Shown here in pieces: positions 39,495 to 49,525 of a stretch of DNA of 64,000 nucleotides (its first letter is position 1; every line of letters begins with the position of its first letter). The notes under the pieces are model-generated. The model saw nothing but the letters and a program-made list of their open reading frames with translations, did not search any database and was not told the origin of the DNA. Origin of the DNA: Terriglobia bacterium (GTDB lineage: Bacteria > Acidobacteriota > Terriglobia > 20CM-2-55-15); NCBI GenBank assembly GCA_965198225.1, contig CBDAOY010000007.1, positions 288,001 through 352,000 of the forward strand, read 5' to 3'. The position numbers and the translations under genes were made by a program.

Positions 39495-42383
39495 CTACCG
39501 ATCCGCAGGAACGCGGCGGCGCAGCTCGTCGAAGAAGTTCGTGATGACCCTCAGCGTCGGGTTGGGCTCGAAGCGCTGAGGACTGTAGAGCGTAAGGAAC
39601 TGCTCGCCATCGGGTGAGAGGTCGACATGGTAACCCGGGGTCCTGAAGAAGGGGCCCTCGAACAGGTATCGCGGCCTGTCCGCCTCGAAGTCGGGCGTCA
39701 TGCGATAGTCGACGGCGAAAAACCGGCTTCCTTGCCTATAGAAAAGGAGGGGTTCGGTTGGGTGCCAGAGAGCCTCAGCGCCACCATCGGTCGAAACCTG
39801 GATGCTCCGCCCTGGGACCGGAAACGATGTCACATGGACTTCGTACCGTCCCGACTCGTCTGAGAAGTACGCGATCCAGCGCCCGTCGGGAGAGATACGG
39901 GCCCAGGCTTCAGAATAGCGAGTCTGAAGCAGGACTTCCGGTTTTGGTGGTTTGGTCACATACGGATCAATGCCGTCGAGCCGAAGGTGCCAGAGGTCGA
40001 AACCTGTCCCCGGAGAGTTCGAAAAGAACGTCAGAACCGATCCATCGCTCGAGAAGGAGTCGGGCACCATGTGCCTGGGCGCATCCTCTGTGGTCAGTTG
40101 CACCGCCTCTCGGCTTCCATCAGCGGGTTTCCAAAAGAGGTGGTTTCTCGGGTTCTCATCCTCTGGCGATGAGAACACACGCGAGTTGTAGACGATGTGT
40201 TTTCCGTCGGGCGTCCATCGAGGAGTGCCACTGTGCGCCCGTAGGCTGTCCCGGAGACCGTGAGTAAACCGCGTTGATTGCCCTCGGGCGATGTTCCAGA
40301 GCCAGATGTCGGCACCGCTCCCCTCACGGATGGTAACCGCGACCTGCGCGCCGTTCGGCGAGAGAGCAAAGCCGCCGAAGAATCCCGGTTCCAAGCCCAG
40401 CGGCTCGAACTTCCCCTGGTGGTCCGCCCAAACCAGCGACGCAAACTCCTGGTCCGGCCCCGGCGCGTAGACCAACAGGCCGTCTTCGGAAAGAGCGAAC
40501 GGCGCCCCCCAAAATTCTCCGTTTGTCCGCAGGTCTTCCAGCAGCGTGACAGGTTGGCTGGTGACCTCCAGTTCATCGAGGTCGAAGGCCACAGCCAGGA
40601 GCTTTCCACGCTCCGCATAGACGAGGTGGCCCGTCGGGACGTAGCGGGCGTAATAGGCAGGAGCGAGGAGCTTTCGGACTTGGCCGTCTGTCAGGGATAG
40701 GGAATGGATGCCCGTCCCGAAGCCACGTGCCGCCCCGTATCCTGTGAAGAGAAGAGCCTCCCGGCCGGGAAGGATGTCTGGCCACCAATCCATAGCCTGC
40801 GTGACTCTTTGCGCCTGCCCTTCGATGGCGGGCACTCTTGATAGCCCCTCCCCCTCCTGGGTGTTGAAGTAGATGGTATCGTCCGGCGCCCAAGCTCCTC
40901 CCACACCAACCGATGCATCGGCCAACACGACCGGCTCGCCGCCAGCGAGCAAAACCTTCCTGAGCTTCCCGCCTGCAAAGAAACCCAGCGACTCGCCATT
41001 GGGCGAAAAGAACGGTCTTACGCCGCCGCTCGTTCCCGGGATGGCCTGCGCCTCTCCCGTGTCCATGTCCCGGAGATACAGTTGTGTCCCGCCACCGACC
41101 TGAGCTCGGTAGACCAGCCGCCTGCCATCAGGGGACAGAGCCAGTCGCCCGCTAGGAGCCATTGGGGCTTCCGCAGGAAGCACGAGATCGAGCCTCGCGG
41201 GCGACTGTGGTTGGGGTTGGTCGCGGGTCCACAGCAACACGACGACCGCGATCAGAAGCACAGCCGCGACTGACCACGGTAGGAGCCACTTCCGCGCACT
41301 TGCGGTCGCAACTATCGCCGGCTTCTCCTCGGACTCACCGGAGAGCAGTTCCTCGATCTCCACGCGGGCGTCGCCGATCGCCTGCAGACGTCGCCGCGCG
41401 TCTTTTTCCAGACACCGTCTGAGGAGCCTGCGAATGGCTTCCGGCATGTCCCGGGGAAGTCGATTCCAGTCCGACTCCCCGCGAAGAACCGCAGCCAGTG
41501 TGTCCTGTACACTCGTACTGGCAAACGCTGCGCTGCCGGCGAGCATCTCGTAGAGCACACAACCGAATGCCCAGGTGTCGGTCCGTTTGTCCAACCGATC
41601 CCCCCGGACCTGTTCCGGACTCATATACCCCACCGTTCCCATCATCTGTCCTTCCACGGTGGGGATCTCACTGATCGTTGGCAATTTGGAAAGATCCACG
41701 TTTGGCCCTGCATCCCGCAGGGCTTTCGCCAAACCAAAGTCCAGCACCTTCACTTTGCCATCGGGTGTGACCTTGATGTTCGCTGGCTTCAGGTCCCGAT
41801 GGATGATTCCCTTTTCATGGGCGGCTTCTAAACCCTCGGCCACCTGGAGGGCGATATTGAGTGCGGACTCCACGGGGAGGGGGCCGGCAGCCAGGAACTC
41901 GGCCAGGGTGTCGCCCTCAACGAGTTCGAGAACCAAAAAGCGTGTCCCTTCGGACTCCTCGAGTCCATAGATAGCGGCAATGTTGGGATGGTTCAGCGAC
42001 GCCAGGAGCCTGGCTTCACGCTCGAACCAGACCAGCCGTTCTTCGTCTTTGGCGAATTCCTCGGGGAGGGTCTTGATCGTAACCTCGCGTCCGAGCTTGG
42101 AGTCCCGCGCACGCCACACCTCACCCATGCCTCCCCTGCCCAGCGGCGAGAGGACTCTGTAGGAACCCAGAGATCTCCCGACCAGCAGTTGGGTCCCGCC
42201 GATAGCCGGCTCCTCGATGAAGCTCCCGGCGTTTTCTGCGTGCTCAAGCAGCGATTCGACCTCCCGACGCAGCGCCTCGTCTCCCCCGCACCCTTCGTCT
42301 AGGTAAGCGTCGCGCTCGTCGGGCTCCCGCTCCAGCGCTTGGCGGAACAGCGTTTCGACCTGCTTCCGGCGTTCGTCAGTCAT
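39495..42383 (-). CDS. Hanks-type Ser/Thr kinase - TM - TolB-like propeller (kinase C)
   Basis: LGRGGMGEV, HRDLKPAN, DFG, YMSPEQ; TM helix; PD40 repeats. Confidence 0.93.
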   Translation of the reverse strand: MTDERRKQVETLFRQALEREPDERDAYLDEGCGGDEALRREVESLLEHAENAGSFIEEPAIGGTQLLVGRSLGSYRVLSPLGRGGMGEVWRARDSKLGREVTIKTLPEEFAKDEERLVWFEREARLLASLNHPNIAAIYGLEESEGTRFLVLELVEGDTLAEFLAAGPLPVESALNIALQVAEGLEAAHEKGIIHRDLKPANIKVTPDGKVKVLDFGLAKALRDAGPNVDLSKLPTISEIPTVEGQMMGTVGYMSPEQVRGDRLDKRTDTWAFGCVLYEMLAGSAAFASTSVQDTLAAVLRGESDWNRLPRDMPEAIRRLLRRCLEKDARRRLQAIGDARVEIEELLSGESEEKPAIVATASARKWLLPWSVAAVLLIAVVVLLWTRDQPQPQSPARLDLVLPAEAPMAPSGRLALSPDGRRLVYRAQVGGGTQLYLRDMDTGEAQAIPGTSGGVRPFFSPNGESLGFFAGGKLRKVLLAGGEPVVLADASVGVGGAWAPDDTIYFNTQEGEGLSRVPAIEGQAQRVTQAMDWWPDILPGREALLFTGYGAARGFGTGIHSLSLTDGQVRKLLAPAYYARYVPTGHLVYAERGKLLAVAFDLDELEVTSQPVTLLEDLRTNGEFWGAPFALSEDGLLVYAPGPDQEFASLVWADHQGKFEPLGLEPGFFGGFALSPNGAQVAVTIREGSGADIWLWNIARGQSTRFTHGLRDSLRAHSGTPRWTPDGKHIVYNSRVFSSPEDENPRNHLFWKPADGSREAVQLTTEDAPRHMVPDSFSSDGSVLTFFSNSPGTGFDLWHLRLDGIDPYVTKPPKPEVLLQTRYSEAWARISPDGRWIAYFSDESGRYEVHVTSFPVPGRSIQVSTDGGAEALWHPTEPLLFYRQGSRFFAVDYRMTPDFEADRPRYLFEGPFFRTPGYHVDLSPDGEQFLTLYSPQRFEPNPTLRVITNFFDELRRRVPADR

Positions 42384-42516
42384 GGCCTGAGGTGAGTGAA
42401 TGTTTTCATAAACTTATCACTTCCCGATCCGGCCTCGTAAAAAAAAGCACCCTGGCTGCACTTCTCCCACGCGTTTCCCGCCCGTTCCGATGAGACCGAA
42501 TCGGAGGTGAAACGCA

Positions 42517-43197
42517 ATGAGTCGATCACAGAAGCGGGCCGGGGCGCTGATACTCTTCCTAACGATGAGCTCCCTTCTGCCGGAAAGAGGGTGGGCCGGG
42601 GAGGCACCGAGAGTGCTTCGCCTTCAAGTAAGTGCCTACGTGCGACTGCCCGAGGGTGCGCTGGCCCGCGCCCAGCAACAGGTCGATCGGATCTTCCGCA
42701 GGGCCGGAGTGGTGCCGGTTTGGGTCGATGCCCAGGTCTGTGGCGACAACCCCGCCCTCAGTTCGTGCCGGCCATGGATCCGGCTCTACATTCTGCCGCG
42801 CTCGTTCGTCGTTTGGGACACCTCCGTGATGGGGCTGGCCGACAACAAGGCGGGTCTGGGGCCGAGGGCCTATGTCTTCTATGATCGTCTTCGATGCCTG
42901 GTCGAACGCCATACGCGGAAACAAGAAAGACGGTCCACGATAGCGGCAGTCCTGGGGCACGTGATCGCACACGAACTCGGTCACCTGCTGCTCCCAACCG
43001 CGAATGATCATTCGCGGGTCGGCGTCATGCAAGCTCGCTGGACGTCGAACGTCCTCCAGCGTGCTCGAAGCGGTAGTCTTGGCTTCACCGGAGAACAGGC
43101 CCGTTTGATCCGAACTGAACTGGACGGGCGGCTGCACGACTACGCCTCCAGGACTGAAACAGTCCCCTTGGCCGCGAGCTTCGGTGGACCTCATTAG
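42517..43197 (+). CDS. Secreted zincin-like HExxH protein 1
   Basis: Signal peptide; LGHVIAHELGHLLL...HSRVGVM (HExxH, third His, Met-turn-like). Confidence 0.75.
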   Translation: MSRSQKRAGALILFLTMSSLLPERGWAGEAPRVLRLQVSAYVRLPEGALARAQQQVDRIFRRAGVVPVWVDAQVCGDNPALSSCRPWIRLYILPRSFVVWDTSVMGLADNKAGLGPRAYVFYDRLRCLVERHTRKQERRSTIAAVLGHVIAHELGHLLLPTANDHSRVGVMQARWTSNVLQRARSGSLGFTGEQARLIRTELDGRLHDYASRTETVPLAASFGGPH

Positions 43198-43358
43198 CAG
43201 GCTGCTGAAAAACTCCGTTTTTCGGCTGTCTGTGTCGCGGCATAGGATGTGCCGCCATTTTCGATGGCTGTAAGCCATTGAGAATGTGAGGCACCTGAGA
43301 ATCACACTTCTCAGGTGACGTTGCTGAAAAAGCCATTGAGGGCTTTTTCAGCATCCTG
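43198..43358. mobile_element. 161-bp MITE with IS5/IS1182-like ends
   Basis: CAGGCTGCTGAAAAA ... TTTTTCAGCATCCTG flanked by TTAG direct repeats. Confidence 0.75.
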
Positions 43359-43598
43359 TTAGAGGGTCTCCCGGATCAGTCGCCTCACCCGTTCGTCATT
43401 TCCCGGTGAAGCCAGGCCTTGGCCAGATTCCAGGAAGCTCCCGGCGTTTTCGGAGTGTGCAAGGAGCGATTCGACCTCTCGACGAAGCGCTTCGTCTCCC
43501 ACACATACTTCCCCCAGGAAAGTGCCGCGGTCGTGGGGCTCGCGCTCCAGCGCCTGGCGAAACAGCGTTTCGACCTGGTTCCAGCGTTTGTCGGTCAT
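43359..43598 (-). pseudogene. Deletion chimera: kinase N-terminus joined to ECF sigma 3' end
   Basis: MTDKRWNQVETLF...AGSF matches kinase C; ~43379-43433 is nearly identical to ~44493-44547 (end of sigma gene). Confidence 0.8.
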
Positions 43599-43729
43599 GG
43601 GCCGGTTGAGTAAATATTTTCGCAAACTTATCACCTCCCGATCCGGCCTCGCAAAAAAAACACCCCAGCTGCACTTCTCCGACGCGTTTCCCGCCCGTTC
43701 AGATGAGACCGGATCGGAGGTGAAACGCA

Positions 43730-44470
43730 ATGAGTCGATCACGGAGGCAGGCCGGGGCGCTGATCCTCTTCCTAACGATGAGCTCCCTTCTGCCGGAGAG
43801 AGTGTGGGCCGGGGAGGTACCGCGAGTGCTTCGCCTTCAGGTAGGTGCGTACGTTAGATCCCCGGTCTTCGCCCAGCCCCGCGACGCGGGCCCAATACTA
43901 ATTCTGATCGTCCTAAACAGGGCTGGAGTCCCCAACGAAGTACTCATTCAGGCAAGAGATCACGTCGAACGGATCTACCGGGACATCGGAGTTCAGATCG
44001 TCTGCATCGTGAACGGCGCGAACGATGGAACAGGCCTGATGGATGCGCCGCGGTTGGAAGCGTCCGACAGGAATGCTCTCAGGCTGACCATCGTTCTCAT
44101 ACACGGAGACCTTGCCGACCAGATGGACCCAGGGGGCGGCCACACGGGTCTTGCTCTCAGCAACAACGGCCGGGGCGCTCGTCGGGCTTTCGTGTTTCCC
44201 GCGCGCGTGAACCCTCAGGCGGACAAGCTGCGCGGCAAGATGCCCCCTCTCACCTACATAGCCGCGCATGGCTTGGTGCTGGGCCATGTCATCGCGCACG
44301 AAGCAGGGCATCTGATGCTTCCGCACGGCGGGCACAACTCCCGCGGGATCATGAAGGCGCTCATGGATCTACCAAGCTTGAGGGAAGCGTTGCGGGACAA
44401 TCTTCATTTTCTACCCGAAGAAGGCAACTTGATCCGCGCTGCGTTGCGGGGCCAAACCACGCAGCGGTGA
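43730..44470 (+). CDS. Secreted zincin-like HExxH protein 2
   Basis: Same leader as 42517; LGHVIAHEAGHLML...HNSRGIM. Confidence 0.75.
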   Translation: MSRSRRQAGALILFLTMSSLLPERVWAGEVPRVLRLQVGAYVRSPVFAQPRDAGPILILIVLNRAGVPNEVLIQARDHVERIYRDIGVQIVCIVNGANDGTGLMDAPRLEASDRNALRLTIVLIHGDLADQMDPGGGHTGLALSNNGRGARRAFVFPARVNPQADKLRGKMPPLTYIAAHGLVLGHVIAHEAGHLMLPHGGHNSRGIMKALMDLPSLREALRDNLHFLPEEGNLIRAALRGQTTQR

Positions 44471-44498
44471 ACCCTAGGGGTGGTCAGTCTGCGTCGCC

Positions 44499-45065
44499 TC
44501 ACCCGTTCGTCATTTCTCGGTGAAGCCAGGCCTTGGCCAGATTCCAGTCGTTGATCACAGTTCGCCGGGAAACCTTCAATACTTCTGCCGTGTGGTCGAC
44601 GCTGAGGCCGCCAAAGAAACGGAGCTCCACGACCTTGCTCTTGCGCTCATCCAGAACGGCAAGCTGGTCCAGAGCATCGTCCAGCGCCAGGATCTCCCGG
44701 TCGCGTTCGGGGGAGATCACCATCGAGTCTTCCAAAGGAATGGGACGGACTCCGCCGCCACGTTTCGCGTATCCGCGAGCTCGTGCGGAATCCACGAGTA
44801 TGCGCCGCATCATGCCGGCACAGACGGCGAAGAAGTGTGCCCGGTTCTGCCAGCGCACATTCTTCCAATCGATCAACCGGATGAAGGCCTCATTGATCAG
44901 CGCCGTGGCCTGTAAGGTGTGCCCGGCGCGCTCCCCGGCCATGTGTCGCCGAGCGATCCCGCGCAGTTCGCGGTAGACGATTGGGGTCAGCTCGTCCAGC
45001 GCATGCTCATCGCCGCCGGTCCAGGCTTGAAGCAACCCCGTGATTTGATGTGAAGAGGGCTCCAT
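44499..45065 (-). CDS. ECF sigma factor, TIGR02999 (kinase-associated) type
   Basis: HTLQATALINEAF, WQNRAHFF, KRGGG, VELRFFGGLS and DWNLAKAWL motifs. Confidence 0.92.
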   Translation of the reverse strand: MEPSSHQITGLLQAWTGGDEHALDELTPIVYRELRGIARRHMAGERAGHTLQATALINEAFIRLIDWKNVRWQNRAHFFAVCAGMMRRILVDSARARGYAKRGGGVRPIPLEDSMVISPERDREILALDDALDQLAVLDERKSKVVELRFFGGLSVDHTAEVLKVSRRTVINDWNLAKAWLHREMTNG

Positions 45066-45117
45066 CGGCGACCTTGTTGTGACGCTCTTTCTCTCTTGCA
45101 GACAGGTCTGTGCCCGG

Positions 45118-45392
45118 CTAGTGGCCTGTAACGGAGATATCGGCACCATCGCCGATGGGTCTTGCCAGTCGAGGTCGAGGAGAGAGGAGGAATTGATGCG
45201 GTTTCATCATGACGACGAACGACAAAGAGATCGACGGCAACCCCCATCGGCCCGGAGGGTTGCGGCGGAACGGCACCGTCTTCGTTGTCTCTCCTCCTCG
45301 CAATGTAGGAGCATTACCTCGTCGTCGGCTCCTAGAATCCGGTGCCGTTCCACCGCAACGCTGGTACCGATATCTCCGTTACAGGCCACTAG
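45118..45392. mobile_element. MITE-like element with CTAG flanks and structured core
   Basis: CTAGTGGCCTGTAACGGAGATATCGG / CCGATATCTCCGTTACAGGCCACTAG perfect IR; core similar to 2125-2399. Confidence 0.8.
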
Positions 45393-48060
45393 TTGCCCGC
45401 AGGAACGCGGCGGCGCAGCTCGTCGAAGAAGTTCGTGATGACCCGCAGCGTCGGGTTGGGCTCGAAGCGCTCGGGATTGTAGCGCGTAAGGAACTGCGCG
45501 CCATCGAGTGAGATGTCGTAATCGTCTCCGGGGCCATTGACGAACGGGCCTTCGAACAGGGGTCGCGGCCGGCCGGCCTCGAAGTCGGGGGTCAGGCGCA
45601 CGTCCACCGCGAAGAACCGGCTTCCGTCCCTGTAGAAAAGCCGGGGTTCGCTCGGGTGCCATAGCGGATCAATACCACCGTCTGTCGAGATCTGAATGCT
45701 CCTCCCCGTCGGGGGATACGGCATCACGTAGATTTCGTACCGTCCCGAGCTGGTCGACGCGTACGCGATCCACTCGCCGTCGGGCGAGAAACGCGCAAAC
45801 GCTTCAGAATCGCGAGTCTGAAGCAGGACTTCCGCTTTCGGCAGCTTCCCCGCATAGGGGTCGACGCCGTCGAGGCGAAGCTGCCAGAGGTCGAAACCTG
45901 TCCCCGCAGAGCGCGAGAAGAACGTCAGAACCGACCCATCTGGACTGAAGGAGTCCGGCAACGGCAGGCTGGCCGTGTCGTCCGGGGTGAGTTGCACCGC
46001 CTCCCGGCTTCGATCGGCGGGTTTCAAGAAGATGTGATCTCTCGGGTTCTCGTCTTCTGGCGATGAGAACACGCGCGAGGTGTAGGCGATGTGTTTTCCG
46101 TCGGGCGTCCATCGGGGAGTCAAGTTGCGCGCCCGGCGATTGTCTCGCAAGCCATATGTAAACCGCGATAAGTTCTCGCGGGCGATGTCCCAGAGCCAGA
46201 TGTCGCTGCTACTGCTTCCCTCCCAGATGGGGACCGCGACCTGCGTGCCGTCTGGCGAGAGAGAAAATGGGCCGAAGATTCCCGGCTCCAAGCCGAGCGG
46301 CTCGACATCCCCCTCGTGGTCCGCCCAAACCAGCGACGCTAAATCTCGGTCCTGTCCTGGCGCGTAGACCAACAGGCCGTCTTCGGAAAGAGCGAATGGC
46401 GCTCCCCCGAGGCCTCCACTTGTCCGCAGATCCTCCAGCAGCGTGACAGGTTGGCTGGTGACCTCCAGTGCCGCGAGGTCGAAGGCGACGGCGAGGAGCT
46501 TGCCACGTTCCGCATAGACGAGATGGCCGGTCGGGACGTAGCGGGCGTAATACGCCGGGGCGAGGAGTCTCCGCACTTGGCCGTTCCTCAGGGAATGGAT
46601 GCCCCCCCCCCGAAACCTCCTGTGAAGAGGAGAGCCTCTCCGCCGAGAAGAATGTCCGGCCACCAGTCCTGAGCTTGCGTGACTCTTTGCACCTGCCCGC
46701 TGCCCGTCGCGGACACTTTCGATAGCCCCTCCCCCTCCTGGGGGGTGAAGTAGATCGTGTCGTCGGGCGCCCAAGCTCCTCCCATGCTAAGTGGTGCATC
46801 GGCCAGGACGACCGGCTCGCCGCCGGCGAGCGACACCTTCTTCAGCTTACCTTCGGCAAAGAAGCCCAGCCCTTCGCCATCGGGTGAAAAGAACGGTCTT
46901 ACGCCGCCGCTCGTTCCCGGGATGGCCTCTGTCTCTCCCGTGTCCATCTGCCGGAGATACAGTTGCCTGCCACCACCGACCTGATCTGCTGCGTAGACCA
47001 GGCGGCTGCCGTCAGCAGACAGAGCCACGTGCCCCCCGGGTACCAAAGGGGCTTCCGCCGGGAGGACAAGATCGAGCCGCGTGGCAGGTTGGGTTTGGGA
47101 TTCGTCGCCCCCTCGGGTCCACTGCGACACGGCGACCGCGATCAAAAGCACAGCGGCGACGGCCCACCCCAGGAGCGGCTTCCACGCGCTTGCGTGCGGA
47201 ACAATTGCCGGCTTCTCCTCGGACTCGCCCGAGAGCAGTTCCTCGATCTCCACGCGGGCGTTGCCGATCGCCTGCAGACGTCGCCGGGCGTCTTTTTCCA
47301 GACACCGCCTGAGGAGCCTGCGAATGGCTGCTGGCGTGTCCGGAGGAAGGCGATTCCAGTCCGGCTCCACGCGAAGAACCGCCGCCAGTGTGTCCTGCAC
47401 ACTCGTACTGGCAAAGACCGAATGGCCGGTGAACATCTCATAGAGCACACAACCGAATGCCCAGGTGTCGGTCCGTTTGTCCAACCGATCTCCGCGGACC
47501 TGTTCCGGACTCATATAACCCACCGTTCCCATCATCTGTCCTTCTACGGTGGGGATCTCACTGATCGTCGGCAATTTAGAAAGATCCACGTTTGGCCCTG
47601 CATGCCGCAAGGCCTTCGCCAGGCCGAAGTCCAGTACCTTTACGTTTCCTTCAGGAGTGACCTTGATGTTGGCGGGTTTCAGGTCCCGATGAATGATTCC
47701 CTTTTCATGGGCGGCTTCTAAACCCTCGGCCACCTGGAGGCCGATATTGAGTGCGGACTCAACGGGGAGGGGGCCGGCAGAGAGGAACTCGGCCAGGGTG
47801 TCGCCTTCGACGAGTTCGAGGACCAAAAAGCGTGTCCCGTCGGACTCCTCGAGTCCATAGATGGCGGCAATGTTGGGATGGTTCAGCGACGCCAGCAGCC
47901 TGGCTTCACGCTCAAACCATACCAGCCGTTCTTCGTCTCTCGCGAATTCCTCGGGGAGGGTCTTGATCGCAACCTCGCGTCCGAGCTTGGAGTCCCGCGC
48001 ACGCCACACCTCGCCCATGCCTCCCCTGCCCAGCGGGGAGAGGACCCGGAAGGTCCCGAT
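45389..48060 (-). pseudogene. Ser/Thr kinase - TM - TolB-like (kinase B), 5'-truncated and frameshifted at a G10 run
   Basis: Close paralogue of kinase C; ORFs 46588-48018 and 45389-46774 join at C10 (46602-46611); no start codon upstream of the Gly-rich loop. Confidence 0.8.
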
Positions 48061-48061
48061 C

Positions 48062-49525
48062 CTAGGTTTCGGTCAGTCCGAGGCCACGATTCGAGTTCGT
48101 TGCGGACCAATCGCGCGTGCCTCGGATTCCCCGTCCGTTAATCGCAACCACCCTGTCTCCCGGCCGCAGGCCCGCCTCAAACAGGATCGTGCCGGATGCG
48201 ACGCCTTCGACATGCATCGTGCCGTCAGAGAAGAACGCATCCAGACCGGCCAGGTCCGACGGCCCCCATACGATCAGGTACAGGGTGAGAACCTGCACCG
48301 CGAGGAACGAGACAGCCAGCAGATATCCCCACCACGGCACCGGTTGAAGACGCCAGAATACGGGTCGGGTCCGTCCCCGTCGTCTAGGAGCCGGATCCTG
48401 GGCCCGTAAACCACTGTCCCGGGCTTCACCTCGGTCTTCGAGCCTGCCGGCGAGTTCGCCCAGTTCTTTTTTCGCGACCGCCCCGAGTGGCCGTTCTTCG
48501 GAATCCTTCTCAAGACATCGGACCAGCAACGCCCGAACCCTCAAGCCGACGTTGCGCGGAAGTCGATCCCAATCCGGATGGACTTTCACGACCTGACTGA
48601 GGACACTCGCCATCGTCTTTCCATCGAACGCCTTCGCCCCGCTTAGCATTTCGTAAAGAACGCAGCCCAGAGCCCAGACGTCGGTCCGCGCATCGACAGA
48701 CTGACCCAGTGCCTGCTCGGGGCTCATGTAGCCCGGGGTGCCCAGGACAGCGCCGGCTTGGGTCCCAGCCCAGGCACTGCTCGAAGTCGCTTCGGAGTTG
48801 CTCGTCACGAGTGTCTTCGCCAGACCAAAATCGAGCACTTTCACCCTGCTGTCCGGCGTGACCTTGATGTTGGCCGGCTTTAGATCGCGGTGAATCACAC
48901 CCTTCTCATGTGCCGCTTCGAGGGCCTCGGCGATCTGAAGGGCAAGCTCGAGGGATTCTTCTACAGGGATAGGCCCGCTCTTCAACCGTTCGGCCAGCGT
49001 TTCGCCTTCGACCAGCTCGAGGACGAGGAAGCGTGTCCCGTTGTCTTCTTCCAAACCGTAGATCGCAGCAACATTCGGGTGATTCAACGACGCGAGCAGC
49101 CTGGCCTCGCGTTTAAACCGAGCCAGCCGTTCTTCGTCCCTGGCGAACTCTTCGGGAAGGGTCTTGATGGCCACTTCACGACCGAGTTTTTGGTCGTGGG
49201 CTTTCCACACCTCTCCCATGCCGCCCTTACCGAGCTTTTCCAGGACCTTGTAATGAGCGATGGTCTTGCCGACCATCGAGCTGTCCTCGTCGCCCAACGC
49301 CGGGACGGAATCTTCTCCAAATGTTCCCACCGGCCAGTCCACGACGGGGGCCGCCAGAAAAGATGCGGCCCGTTCCCCGTGCGCCAGCAGCGACTCCAGC
49401 TCCCGGCGGAGCCCTTCGTCACCCGCGCAAGCTTCCTCCAGAAAGGCCGCCCGCTCGCCCGGCGGACGCTCGAGGGCGGCTTGGTAGAGCTTCTCGATTC
49501 GCTCCCAGCGTTCATTAGGCTGCAT
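48062..49525 (-). CDS. Ser/Thr kinase - TM - PDZ (kinase A), probably 3'-truncated
   Basis: Full kinase motifs; TM helix; AGLRPGDRVVAING PDZ segment ends abruptly; start overlaps the sigma stop. Confidence 0.85.
   Translation of the reverse strand: MQPNERWERIEKLYQAALERPPGERAAFLEEACAGDEGLRRELESLLAHGERAASFLAAPVVDWPVGTFGEDSVPALGDEDSSMVGKTIAHYKVLEKLGKGGMGEVWKAHDQKLGREVAIKTLPEEFARDEERLARFKREARLLASLNHPNVAAIYGLEEDNGTRFLVLELVEGETLAERLKSGPIPVEESLELALQIAEALEAAHEKGVIHRDLKPANIKVTPDSRVKVLDFGLAKTLVTSNSEATSSSAWAGTQAGAVLGTPGYMSPEQALGQSVDARTDVWALGCVLYEMLSGAKAFDGKTMASVLSQVVKVHPDWDRLPRNVGLRVRALLVRCLEKDSEERPLGAVAKKELGELAGRLEDRGEARDSGLRAQDPAPRRRGRTRPVFWRLQPVPWWGYLLAVSFLAVQVLTLYLIVWGPSDLAGLDAFFSDGTMHVEGVASGTILFEAGLRPGDRVVAINGRGIRGTRDWSATNSNRGLGLTET

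Larger units (their letters stand above)
42219..43854. repeat. ~420-bp tandem duplication of kinase 5' end, divergent intergenic region and HExxH gene 5' end
   Basis: 42219-42641 aligns with 43434-43854 (e.g. GCTGCACTTCTCC.ACGCGTTTCCCGCCCGTTC.GATGAGACCG.ATCGGAGGTGAAACGCAATGAGTCGATCAC). Confidence 0.85.

Noticed and set aside
39495-48060. Kinase B/C paralogy as a diversity-generating retroelement template/variable pair
   Set aside because: No reverse transcriptase in the window; differences run along the whole genes and are not visibly adenine-specific.
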